From: Desulfobacterales bacterium
GTDB taxonomy: Bacteria; Desulfobacterota; Desulfobacteria; Desulfobacterales; JAQWFD01
Assembly: GCA_028704555.1 (NCBI GenBank)
Contig: JAQWFD010000001.1
Coordinates: 69,401-133,400 of the forward strand
DNA length: 64,000 bases
Direction: 5' to 3'
Shown: in pieces, positions 44,381 to 56,827 of the stretch
Layout of the letters: every line of letters begins with the position of its first letter
Numbering within the stretch: position 1 is the stretch's first letter
Notes under the pieces: generated by a model
Databases searched by the model: none
Told to the model about the DNA's origin: nothing
Seen by the model: only the letters and a program-made list of their open reading frames with translations
Made by a program: the position numbers and the translations under genes

Positions 44381-45896
44381 TCCATCTGCCAAAGCGCCTT
44401 GCATCGCCGTATTCGGAACCGGTTCCGATGTGGGCAAAAGCATTGTCGTAACCGCTTTGTGCCGGCTTTTTGTCAACAATGGCATGCGCGTTGCGCCGTT
44501 CAAGGCCCAGAACATGTCCAATAATTCCGGGGTAACGCCTGAAGGACTTGAGATGGGCCGGGCCCAGATCGTCCAGGCCGAAGCGGCCCGGATTGCCCCT
44601 CACGTGGACATGAATCCAATTCTGCTCAAGCCCACCAGCGATGTGGGCGCACAGGTGATCCTGATGGGCCAGGCCCTCAACAACCGTACCGCCAGAGAGT
44701 ATCACCAATACAAGACGCATCTGATTAATGCTGCCTGCGATGCGCTGGATCGGCTTCGCCGCCAGTATGACATGGTCATTCTGGAAGGTGCCGGCTCGTG
44801 TGCCGAAGTCAACCTGATGTCCCATGACATCGTAAATTTTAAAATGGCTGAATATGCCGAAGCGCCGGTAATTCTGGTGGGAGACATCCACCGGGGCGGA
44901 ATTTTCGCCCAGCTCATCGGCACCCTGGCGTGCCTTCCGGAGCATTGCCGGGATCGGATAAAAGGCTTTATTATTAACCGGTTCCGGGGTGATCTCACCC
45001 TGTTTGAAGACGGCACCCGCTGGATCGAACAGACATCGAAAAAGCCTGTTCTGGGAGTTTTGCCCTGGTACCGGCATATCACGATCGAGGCCGAGGATTC
45101 GGTTATTATTGAAAATCCTGAAAAAGTATCCCGCGCAGCGATCATCCGGCCGGCAATCGCCATTGTCCGCATCCCACATATATCTAATTTCACCGATTTT
45201 GATCCGCTTTTCAGCATCCCGGCTCTTCACGTTCATTTCATCGAGAAGGTACAGGAGCTTTCACTGTTTGACGCAGTCATCCTGCCCGGGTCAAAAAATA
45301 CATGTCATGATCTCCGGTGGCTGCATCAAACCGGATGGGCATGTGAACTGAACGCTTATGCTGAACAAGGGGGCCATATTCTGGGAATATGCGGCGGATA
45401 TCAAATGATGGGCAGCAACGTAATTGACCCCGAAGGACTCGAAGGCTCTCCGGGGACAACCCGGGGGCTCGCGCTGCTTCCAATTGAAACCATCCTGAAA
45501 GCACCCAAGACCACTACCCTCTCCCGATTTTCATGGGACGGGTTTGAGGGCACCGGATATGAAATTCACATGGGACAAACCCAGCGATTTGACGGCCGCG
45601 TCATGTTTCAGGTGAAGGAGCGGAACGGAGCTTCCGTCTTGATGGAAGACGGCTGTATTTCTCCGAATGAAAACATCATGGGCACCTACATGCACGGGCT
45701 GTTTGATTCTCCGGATATTACCCGGCAATGGCTGACCCGAATCGGTCTGTCAGATGTTCCGGTATCGGCCGCTTATGGCCCTGCAGCCAGGGATACCCAG
45801 TACGATCTTCTTGCCGCACATTTTAAAACGCACATTGACACCCGGCGCATCATGAATGAACTGACTCACGGCTATCACAACGGAGAAGCGCAGTGA
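44364..45896 (+). CDS. cobQ: cobyric acid synthase
   Basis: 510-aa ORF. N-terminal VFGTGSDVGKS ATPase block and a C-terminal GATase-like domain (ICGGYQMMG). Start (TTG, overlapping the cobO end) is uncertain. Confidence 0.92.
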   Translation: MESKNNPSAKAPCIAVFGTGSDVGKSIVVTALCRLFVNNGMRVAPFKAQNMSNNSGVTPEGLEMGRAQIVQAEAARIAPHVDMNPILLKPTSDVGAQVILMGQALNNRTAREYHQYKTHLINAACDALDRLRRQYDMVILEGAGSCAEVNLMSHDIVNFKMAEYAEAPVILVGDIHRGGIFAQLIGTLACLPEHCRDRIKGFIINRFRGDLTLFEDGTRWIEQTSKKPVLGVLPWYRHITIEAEDSVIIENPEKVSRAAIIRPAIAIVRIPHISNFTDFDPLFSIPALHVHFIEKVQELSLFDAVILPGSKNTCHDLRWLHQTGWACELNAYAEQGGHILGICGGYQMMGSNVIDPEGLEGSPGTTRGLALLPIETILKAPKTTTLSRFSWDGFEGTGYEIHMGQTQRFDGRVMFQVKERNGASVLMEDGCISPNENIMGTYMHGLFDSPDITRQWLTRIGLSDVPVSAAYGPAARDTQYDLLAAHFKTHIDTRRIMNELTHGYHNGEAQ

Positions 45897-46417
45897 AAGA
45901 CATTATTTTTGTAATCGGCGGATGTCGCAGCGGCAAAAGCCGCCATGCACTGGAACTGGCCGAACAGATTTCGGCAGATCAGCGTTGCTATGTGGCCACA
46001 TGCGTCCCTCATGATGATGAAATGAAACAGCGTGTCACCCGCCATCAGCAGGAAAGAAGCAACAGCTGGATTACTGTGGAGGAACCGGTCAGACTGCCCG
46101 AGATCATCGGCACCCATGGCCATCCGGGGAATCTTCTGCTAATCGACTGCCTGACCCTGTGGATCAGCAACCTGATGATGGAAACCCGCGACCTGGATGA
46201 GATCATGATCCGCATCGACCGCCTCACCAAAGCACTGGATCAGGCCCGGTGCCCGGTCATTCTGGTGTCCAATGAAGTCGGCGCCGGAATAGTGCCTGAA
46301 AACCCGCTGGCACGACTGTTCCGGGATGCCGCAGGCTTTACCAACCAGAAAGTGGCCGCCTGCGCCGACAGGGTCATCTGGACCGTTGCCGGAATTCCGG
46401 TGAAGATAAAGGGATAG
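45893..46417 (+). CDS. cobU: adenosylcobinamide kinase / adenosylcobinamide-phosphate guanylyltransferase
   Basis: 174-aa ORF, IIFVIGGCRSGKSRHALELAE P-loop. GTG start overlapping the cobQ stop. Confidence 0.9.
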   Translation: MKDIIFVIGGCRSGKSRHALELAEQISADQRCYVATCVPHDDEMKQRVTRHQQERSNSWITVEEPVRLPEIIGTHGHPGNLLLIDCLTLWISNLMMETRDLDEIMIRIDRLTKALDQARCPVILVSNEVGAGIVPENPLARLFRDAAGFTNQKVAACADRVIWTVAGIPVKIKG

Positions 46418-46423
46418 GGGACG

Positions 46424-46491
46424 AAGGACTGAGGACTGAGGACTGAAGGCAGATGACTCACGACTCACGACTCAAGACTCAAGAGACTGAC
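46424..46491 (+). repeat. two short tandem-heptamer blocks in the cobU-cobS spacer
   Basis: AAGGACTGAGGACTGAGGACTGAAGG (GGACTGA x3), then GACTCACGACTCACGACTCAAGACTCAAGAGACTGAC (GACTCAM x4). Confidence 0.7.
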
Positions 46492-46495
46492 TATT

Positions 46496-47221
46496 ATGAA
46501 CTCACTGATTTCCGCCATACAGTTTATCACGATACTGCCCATCGGCAAGCAGGTGCCGTTCAATCCCCGGGCCATGATTCCGTTTTTCCCGGTGGCAGGG
46601 ATCATCCTTGGAATTGCCGTTACCGGTTTTGACCATATTGCATCTGCCTTCTGGCCCGCACCGGTCACTTCGCTCCTCGATGTCATTTTCCTGATTGTGC
46701 TGACCGGTGCATTTCACATGGATGGTCTGGGAGATACCGCAGACGGGCTGTATAATTATCGAAACCGGGAAAAGGCACTGGCGATCATGAAAGACAGCCG
46801 CATCGGAGTGATGGGGCTGGTCGCCATTGTCTGCGCGCTGCTGACCAAATGGGCCGGCATTTACAGTATTCAGGAGCACCGGTGGCTTCTGCTCCTGATC
46901 ATACCGTCCTATGCCAGGGCCAGCATGATTTTCGGCATCCGGTTCCTGCCCTACGGCAGGCCCGAAGGCACCGGCCACGATTTTTTCAACACCCCCCTGC
47001 CGTTTTCCGCATTTTGGGCCTTGCTGATACCCGTATGCCTGTCATTGTTTCTGGGCTGGCAAGCACTGTGGCTCAATTTCCTGTTCATAGCCATCACGGG
47101 GCTGACCCTTCTCTATTACAAAAACCGTATGGACTGTATTACCGGCGACATGCTGGGGGCAATGTCGGAAATCACCGAATCCTTGCTTTTTCTACTGATT
47201 TCAGCGGGAGGAATATCATGA
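46496..47221 (+). CDS. cobS: adenosylcobinamide-GDP ribazoletransferase (cobalamin synthase)
   Basis: 241-aa polytopic ORF, AIQFITILPIG...GAFHMDGLGDTADG. Confidence 0.92.
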   Translation: MNSLISAIQFITILPIGKQVPFNPRAMIPFFPVAGIILGIAVTGFDHIASAFWPAPVTSLLDVIFLIVLTGAFHMDGLGDTADGLYNYRNREKALAIMKDSRIGVMGLVAIVCALLTKWAGIYSIQEHRWLLLLIIPSYARASMIFGIRFLPYGRPEGTGHDFFNTPLPFSAFWALLIPVCLSLFLGWQALWLNFLFIAITGLTLLYYKNRMDCITGDMLGAMSEITESLLFLLISAGGIS

Positions 47222-48333
47222 TTAACGGCCACGGCGGAAATATTTACGCACTGGCAGCCTCGCTGGGCTGCGAGCCGTCAGACATTATCGATATGAGCAG
47301 CAATGTCAACCCCATAGGCCCTCCGCCCGGGCTGATTGACTGTCTCAAAGCGCATCTGGACACCATCACCGCCCTTCCCGAAGTTGACGCTGAAGGTGCG
47401 GTCGCCGCATTTGCGATCCGTCACGGAATCGATCCGGACCGGGTGCTTGCCGGAAATGGTACCACCCAGTTCATCTATACACTGCCCCGGGCGCTTTCTG
47501 CCCGAAAGGCGCTGATTCTCGGACCGACCTATGCGGACTATGCCGATGCCTGCCACCTGAATCAGGTGCCCTGCGACTTTATCCTTGCCGACGATAGTCG
47601 GGACCTGATTCACGATGCTGACGCGATCTCATCTTCGATCGGGGACGCTGATCTGGTATTTATCTGCAATCCCAACAACCCAACCGGCACGCTGATCCCC
47701 GCACCTGACCTTGAACAGCTTTGCCGGTCACACCCGGACACGCGCTTTGTCATTGATGAATCCTACCTGCCCTTTGTAAAAAAGCCTGAAATGCACTCAA
47801 TGATTCATTCACCCTTTTCGAATGCGATCATTCTCAACTCCATGTCAAAAATATTCCGACTGCCGGGACTGAGAATCGGTTTTTTGATTGCCCGGCCTGA
47901 GATCATCAGCACGTTAGCCCCCTATGCACTCCCATGGAGCGCCAACAGCCTGGCTCAGGACGCCGTCAGATATCTGATGGCACAAACCGGATCCATCGAT
48001 GCGTTTATCTGCAACACCCGGCAGCTGATCGAGGCCGAAAAGCAGATGTTTCTGGACACGTTTCAAAACGTATCCGGGATCCATTTTTTTCCAAGCGTCA
48101 CCTCGTTTCTGCTGGCAAGGCTTTCCGGCAGTTTTACCGCAGAAGATGTCTGCACGGCGCTGGCCCGCCACAAACTGCTGATCCGAAACTGCTCCAATTT
48201 CAGGGGTCTGACAAACCGTTACATCCGGATTTCCATGAAAACACCGGAAATTAACCGCATGGCAGCGGAAAGGCTCATGGCCTTACTAAAGAGCAAGCAG
48301 CACACAGAAGGAAACAAAGCTGCTCACCAATAA
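47218..48333 (+). CDS. cobD: threonine-phosphate decarboxylase (CobD, Salmonella nomenclature)
   Basis: The ORF track starts at 46849, inside cobS. I use ATG 47218 (MINGHGGNIYALA..., the typical HGGN start), overlapping the cobS stop by 4 nt. Class I/II aminotransferase fold (SMSKIFRLPGLRIGF). Confidence 0.88.
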   Translation: MINGHGGNIYALAASLGCEPSDIIDMSSNVNPIGPPPGLIDCLKAHLDTITALPEVDAEGAVAAFAIRHGIDPDRVLAGNGTTQFIYTLPRALSARKALILGPTYADYADACHLNQVPCDFILADDSRDLIHDADAISSSIGDADLVFICNPNNPTGTLIPAPDLEQLCRSHPDTRFVIDESYLPFVKKPEMHSMIHSPFSNAIILNSMSKIFRLPGLRIGFLIARPEIISTLAPYALPWSANSLAQDAVRYLMAQTGSIDAFICNTRQLIEAEKQMFLDTFQNVSGIHFFPSVTSFLLARLSGSFTAEDVCTALARHKLLIRNCSNFRGLTNRYIRISMKTPEINRMAAERLMALLKSKQHTEGNKAAHQ

Positions 48334-48369
48334 CAGATAACAATTAACACCCAACCAGGGAGAAGCGGT

Positions 48370-49332
48370 ATGGATTATTATCATTTTTTGTATGTACTTC
48401 CGGCTGTGTTTGTTCTTGATCTTCTTCTGGGGGACCCTCCCGAATGGCCCCATCCGGTCAGATGGATGGGAAGAGCGATCAGTGCGGTTGAGCCGGATTT
48501 CAGGGGAATTCCGATCAAGCCCACCATCTCAGGAGGACTTTTTGCCCTGTTTCTGATTCTCTGCACCTGGGTGGCTACGTATCTCATCCTCAAGGTTGCG
48601 TATCTTATTCATCCGGTACTGAAAATAATGATCGAAATGGTGCTGATCTATTTTTGCATTTCAATCCGATCTTTAGAAAAGGCAGCCATGGTCGTGTCAG
48701 CCGCTCTCAGCCAGAACAAGCTGGACGATGCCAGGCAGAAAGTATCTCTGATTGTCGGCCGGGATGTCAAATCGCTTGATGAAAACGGTGTGGCAAGGGC
48801 TTCTGTTGAAACCGTTGCTGAAAATCTTGTCGACGGGATCATCTCTCCCCTCTTTTTTGCCGCCATTGGCGGGGCGCCGCTGGCAATGGCCTACAAGATG
48901 GTCAACACCCTGGATTCCATGGTCGGCTATAAAAATGAAACCTACCGGGAATTTGGAACCGTATCGGCCAGAATTGACGACATTCTGAACTATCTCCCGG
49001 CACGCCTTTCCGTTCCGCTAATTGCACTGGCCGCCCAGCTGATCAATCGCAAGGGCGCGGTCTCGTTTAAAACTGCATGGAAAGAAGGCGCAAACCATTC
49101 CAGTCCCAATTCCGGATATTCGGAGGCGGCATTTGCCGGCGCACTGGGCGTTAAACTCGGTGGCCCCAATTTTTATCATGGAATACTGGTTACCAAGCCG
49201 TTCATCGGAGAGGATTTTGGAGAAACCGGAACCGCCCATATCAAAAGGGCATGCGATCTGATGCTTCTGTCTTCCATATTCTGGGGAGCAGCCTTGTGGC
49301 TGATCATTGCCGGTGTTATATACTTTGCATAA
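48370..49332 (+). CDS. cbiB: adenosylcobinamide-phosphate synthase
   Basis: 320-aa membrane ORF, LLGDPPEWPHPVRWMGRAI... and the MVNTLDSMVGYKNETY block. Confidence 0.9.
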   Translation: MDYYHFLYVLPAVFVLDLLLGDPPEWPHPVRWMGRAISAVEPDFRGIPIKPTISGGLFALFLILCTWVATYLILKVAYLIHPVLKIMIEMVLIYFCISIRSLEKAAMVVSAALSQNKLDDARQKVSLIVGRDVKSLDENGVARASVETVAENLVDGIISPLFFAAIGGAPLAMAYKMVNTLDSMVGYKNETYREFGTVSARIDDILNYLPARLSVPLIALAAQLINRKGAVSFKTAWKEGANHSSPNSGYSEAAFAGALGVKLGGPNFYHGILVTKPFIGEDFGETGTAHIKRACDLMLLSSIFWGAALWLIIAGVIYFA

Positions 49333-49505
49333 ATTATTCTTCAAAAAAACCATCGGCAGGAAACTTTCTGTACTGTCAAAAAGTTATGACAAGCTCAGAT
49401 ATAGCTGAAGGCGGAGGTGCCAAAGCTCAATATCAATAAATACGACAGACTTGATTTTTTAAACCGGCCAACAGCTTTATCTTATCAACTATAGCGGAGT
49501 ATCAT

Positions 49506-50351
49506 TTGAAAACCAGGTTGCCCTATCCGGCACTGTCCGAATCGTACAGGAATCTGTTCCCGTTCAGGCTGGCCACCACGTCATTTATTTATCCGGACAC
49601 GTATGCCAATAATGTCAGAATGCTGGCCCCTTACGTGGATGAAATCGAATTGCTCATGTTTGAAAGCGCCGCGGCCAGTCTGCCATCGAAAAAAGACATC
49701 TCTGAGCTTTGCCTTCTTGCTGACGATTTTGATATCACCTTCAATGTCCACCTGCCCTATGATGTTCCACTGGATGATACTGATCCGACAAAGCGCGCTC
49801 ATGCCGCTGATGCCATCCGCCACGTCATCGAACTGACCGCCCCGCTGTGGCCGAGCACCCTGACCCTTCATCTTCCATACAATGAGGCCGGCTGTGAATC
49901 CGGTCATATTAAGGCATGGCAGGAAAACATCTGTGAAGGGATGAATCATATACTGACATCAGGCATTGACAGCAGAAAGATTTCAATCGAAACCCTGGCG
50001 TATCCGTTTAAATGGGCAGAACCGGTCGTAAAAGAGCTGAACCTGTCCGTATGCCTTGACATCGGGCATCTGATGCGCTTCGGCTACAATGTAAATGACG
50101 CATTCAACCGGTATGCGGATATCACCACCATCATTCATCTCCACGGAATTGAAAACCGGCAGGATCACGTGGCGTTAAATAACCTGTCTGAAAACGAACT
50201 AAATTTAATATGGAATATATTAAACCGGTACAAGGGGATCATGTCCGTGGAGGTGTTTTCATTCAAACATCTGGAAACATCGTTGAAACTCCTGAAAAAA
50301 GAACTGGCCCTGCCTCACGTCACACATACACAAGACCTGCAAGAACCTTGA
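49506..50351 (+). CDS. xylose-isomerase-like TIM-barrel (AP endonuclease 2 superfamily) protein, possible cobamide-remodeling CbiR
   Basis: 281-aa ORF with a TTG start. His/Asp/Glu-rich beta-strand ends (FNVHLPYD, TLHLPYNE, IIHLHGIE, SVEVF) resemble sugar-phosphate isomerase/epimerase-type TIM barrels. Last gene of the cobamide cluster. The CbiR call rests on context and family memory only. Confidence 0.55.
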   Translation: MKTRLPYPALSESYRNLFPFRLATTSFIYPDTYANNVRMLAPYVDEIELLMFESAAASLPSKKDISELCLLADDFDITFNVHLPYDVPLDDTDPTKRAHAADAIRHVIELTAPLWPSTLTLHLPYNEAGCESGHIKAWQENICEGMNHILTSGIDSRKISIETLAYPFKWAEPVVKELNLSVCLDIGHLMRFGYNVNDAFNRYADITTIIHLHGIENRQDHVALNNLSENELNLIWNILNRYKGIMSVEVFSFKHLETSLKLLKKELALPHVTHTQDLQEP

Positions 50352-50448
50352 AGGTATTTTTATATTCGTTATTATAGACCCTCTGCCCCAGAAATATTTC
50401 TCTGCCTTTAATTTGAGCCCGGATTCTCATCAGATAATTTTTCATATT

Positions 50449-50485
50449 AAAAAGGCCGTCTGCAGCTGCAGACGGCCTTTTTTAA
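50449..50485. terminator. bidirectional rho-independent terminator
   Basis: AAAAAGGCCGTCTGCAGCTGCAGACGGCCTTTTTTAA. Perfect GC-rich palindrome flanked by A and T runs, between the convergent genes 49506..50351(+) and 50528..54028(-). Confidence 0.85.
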
Positions 50486-50527
50486 TCAATCATCGCACAT
50501 AAAGACAAATAAGGGCTCAGAACTGCC

Positions 50528-54040
<3,513 letters not shown>

Positions 54041-54233
54041 TTATTGTTAGGTCTTAAAGTTCATCGCCTCAAACACATATGATTTGCGGCAAACTAATGA
54101 TAAACGCCAACAAAAATTAATTTCTGATAATTCTGTTTGTATCAGTATCAGTTAAATTTTATTTCCTTAGCGTTTTTCAAGAATAACTATAACCTATTGA
54201 TTTGATAATTCTCAACGGCTTCCAGCTCCGGTA

Positions 54234-55841
54234 TCACAGCAGATTTTCAAAAAAGTCATTTCCTTTGTCATCGACGAGAATGAATACCGGAAAATCTTTA
54301 ACCGTAATTTCGTAAATGGCTTCCATTCCCAGTTCAGGATATTCAAGCACTTTGACATCGGTAATGCATTCTTTCCCCAACCGAGCGGCAGGTCCTCCGA
54401 TGGAACCAAGATAGAATCCCCCGTATTTTTTGCAGGCATCGGTTACGACCTGTGATCGATTGCCCTTTGCGAGCATCACCATGGAGCCCCCTAAGGCTTG
54501 GAAAATAGGAACATAAGGATCCATCCGTGAAGCCGTGGTAGGTCCGAAAGATCCGGATGCGTAACCCGGCGGGGTCTTCGCTGGGCCGGCATAATAAATA
54601 ATATGGTCTTTTAAATACTGAGGAAGATCTTCGCCCCTGTCCAATCTTTCTTTGAGCTTCGCGTGGGCGATATCCCGACCAACAATAATTTTACCAGTCA
54701 GGGACAAACGCGTTGCCACAGGATATTTCGTCAATATGGCGCGTATCTGATCCATTGGCTGATTCAAATCGATTTTCACCGCATCGTCTTCACTTGTTGT
54801 GGGCTCAGGAAGGTATTTGGCAGGGTCTCTTTCCAGCTTTTCCAGAAAAATACCGTCCTTGGTTATTTTAGCCTTAATATTTCGGTCCGCGCTGCAACTG
54901 ACCCCCATTCCAATAGGACAGGAAGCACCATGCCTGGGCAACCGTACCACTCTGACATCATGGACAAAATACTTTCCTCCGAACTGAGCACCAATTCCAA
55001 GTTCCTGAGCTATTTTCAGAATCTTTTCTTCCAGTTCCAGATCTCTGAATGCTCGCCCGCCCTCATTTCCGGATGTGGGCAAACTGTCCAGATATTTTGT
55101 TGATGCGTACTTGACTATCTTCAGGTTTGTTTCAGCCGATGTTCCGCCAATAACAAATGCAAGATGATAAGGAGGACAAGCAGCGGTTCCCAACGTTTTC
55201 ATTTTATCCCGTACGAATTTTTCTAACGTCTCAGGATTCAGGACTGCCTTTGTTTCCTGATAGAGATATGTTTTATTGGCCGAGCCACCGCCTTTAGCCA
55301 CAAATAAAAATTTATACGCATCTCCTTTTACCGCATAAAGATCAATCTGAGCAGGCAGATTACATTTCGTATTGACTTCGTCATACATGTTCAGGGGAGC
55401 ATTCTGGGAATATCTAAGATTACATTGGGTATAAGTATTGAAAACGCCTCTTGACAGTGCCTCTTCTTCATCAAACCCTGTCCATACCTGCTGCCCTTTT
55501 TTACCAGCGATAATAGCCGTACCGGTATCCTGACACATCGGAAACTCAAATTCAGCTGAAATTACTGCATTTTTAACCATATCAAGCGCGACAAATTTAT
55601 CATTGTCTGAAGCTTCAGGATCATCCAGAATCTTTTTCAGTTGGACCATGTGAGCGGGTCTTAAAAGATGAGATACATCTCTGAATGCTTCCTCTGCGAG
55701 CATGGTAAGGCCTTCAGGCTCAATTTTTAATATTTCTTTACCCTCGAAGGTTGAGACTGAAATATAATCTTTTGTTAAAAGCCTGTACTCAGTAGTGTCC
55801 TCTGAAAGAGGAAACATCTCCTGATACGCAAATTCTACCAT
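54234..55841 (-). CDS. class I (Fe-S) fumarate hydratase, fused alpha/beta type
   Basis: 535-aa ORF with the blocks [43 protein letters not shown] and a C-terminal beta-type domain. Confidence 0.9.
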   Translation of the reverse strand: MVEFAYQEMFPLSEDTTEYRLLTKDYISVSTFEGKEILKIEPEGLTMLAEEAFRDVSHLLRPAHMVQLKKILDDPEASDNDKFVALDMVKNAVISAEFEFPMCQDTGTAIIAGKKGQQVWTGFDEEEALSRGVFNTYTQCNLRYSQNAPLNMYDEVNTKCNLPAQIDLYAVKGDAYKFLFVAKGGGSANKTYLYQETKAVLNPETLEKFVRDKMKTLGTAACPPYHLAFVIGGTSAETNLKIVKYASTKYLDSLPTSGNEGGRAFRDLELEEKILKIAQELGIGAQFGGKYFVHDVRVVRLPRHGASCPIGMGVSCSADRNIKAKITKDGIFLEKLERDPAKYLPEPTTSEDDAVKIDLNQPMDQIRAILTKYPVATRLSLTGKIIVGRDIAHAKLKERLDRGEDLPQYLKDHIIYYAGPAKTPPGYASGSFGPTTASRMDPYVPIFQALGGSMVMLAKGNRSQVVTDACKKYGGFYLGSIGGPAARLGKECITDVKVLEYPELGMEAIYEITVKDFPVFILVDDKGNDFFENLL

Positions 55842-56575
55842 AGCAAGGTTCTCCTTTGTTGATTGGTTAACATCTCAAACCATCATCATAAAATATAATT
55901 ACGGATATCCGAATGGCGCTGGAATATCCGCTATCTTTCTATTCTCCGACAGTAATATTTTGAACTTTTTATGCTGAATAAGTTCTGGTCAGAAAAATTT
56001 GTAAAAATACCCTCAATAGTCTAATTGACAAAAATCGTAAAGTTTTCGTGCAATATTAGAAATATTATCAGTATGTTTTACTAATTTTAGTTACCACCGG
56101 GATCGTTTAACATTTTTTATTTCATGATTTTTCACAAATTGCAAGTCATTTATTCAGAGCGGTAGATCATTGCATAAATATTTCTGTAATCACTTGAGTA
56201 GTTATTTTAATGTAAATTATACAAAATTCTGTTGAGTGCCGGAAACGAAATTGTCGGCCTGAATATCGTTTACCATCGGCAGCCAATTCGGCATCGATGA
56301 TTCTTTTTCATAGCCATCCGAGCAACGAGCCGAGGCCATCCCCTGATGACCTGCCAGGAGAATCGTTCAGGCGTCAGAGATAAGAGACAGTGGGCATAAC
56401 AATTCACGAGCACATCATTATTTCGATGAACGATGAACCGGTATTACTCATTTACGGATAACGGTCTGATAAGAAAAATATAGCGCAGACAGGTTGAATC
56501 AGCCAATAGTTTTACCCTGGCCTTATTAACGCTTGCGGGAAAAGCAGGGGAGGAGCGGCGCTTTTCTATAAAAAC

Positions 56576-56600
56576 AAAAAAAGCCCGGCAATGCTGCCAG
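56576..56600 (-). terminator. putative terminator following the tRNA 3' fragment
   Basis: Minus strand CTGGCA-GCAT-TGCCGG (one G-U) followed by GCTTTTTTT, ~17 nt downstream of the CCA end at 56617. The pairing works only on the minus strand. Confidence 0.4.
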
Positions 56601-56616
56601 ACTTTTTATTTTCTTT

Positions 56617-56664
56617 TGGTGGTCCCAGCGGGGGTCGAACCCGCGTTACCGGCGTGAGAGGCCG
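56617..56664 (-). other. 3' 48 nt of a tRNA-Glu(CUC)-like gene (att-site copy / truncated tRNA)
   Basis: Minus strand CGGC-CTCTCAC-GCCGG-TAAC-GCGGG-TTCGACC-CCCGC-TGGGACC-A-CCA, i.e. anticodon arm, variable loop, T-arm, acceptor 3' strand and CCA. The sequence where the D-arm and 5' acceptor strand should be (56665-56695) is AT-rich and cannot pair with TGGGACC. Confidence 0.75.
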
Positions 56665-56768
56665 AAAAAATACTTTTACCTCTATTTATCTTTATAGCTG
56701 TAAAGCTATATAAATCAAGGACCTTAATCGTTTGTCGTTTATATTGGCTTATCAATATTTACCTTGAT

Positions 56769-56802
56769 TTGTGGGGTAGGTGTGGGGTATAGTGTGGGGT
56801 AG
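56769..56802 (+). repeat. three tandem GTGTGGGGTA-type repeats upstream of int
   Basis: tTGTGGGGTAG-GTGTGGGGTAT-AGTGTGGGGTAG, 26-59 nt upstream of the integrase ATG. The TGGGGTA core recurs (both orientations) in the block at 61019-61223. Confidence 0.75.
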
Positions 56803-56827
56803 AAAATCCAACCAAAGGAGGAACCCT

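Noticed and set aside
44328-45236. 302-aa minus-strand ORF (and 44081..44521, 44702..45217) opposite cobO/cobQ
   Set aside because: Antisense to well-supported cobO/cobQ. No motifs, and Arg/Gly-rich shadow-frame composition.
46849-47217. N-terminal 123 codons of the ORF-track entry 46849..48333
   Set aside because: This part overlaps cobS in another frame and is Arg/Pro/His-rich. The conserved CobD-type protein begins at ATG 47218 (MINGHGGNIY).
55842-56616. 775-nt gene-free stretch between fumarate hydratase and the tRNA fragment, considered as pseudogene debris or a second att remnant
   Set aside because: I found no extended reading frame, repeat of the att sequence or RNA motif by eye. 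It probably holds the fumarase promoter region plus the native downstream context of the tRNA, so I cannot support a call.
56617-56700. Possibility that this is an intact tRNA or the 3' end of tmRNA
   Set aside because: The sequence 5' of the anticodon arm (on the minus strand) is AT-rich, cannot supply a D-arm, and cannot pair with TGGGACC. For tmRNA, the acceptor would need a G3:U70 pair, but the inferred 5' strand GGTCCCA gives T3:A70. The anticodon arm, variable loop (GGTAAC) and T-arm match tRNA-Glu architecture instead.
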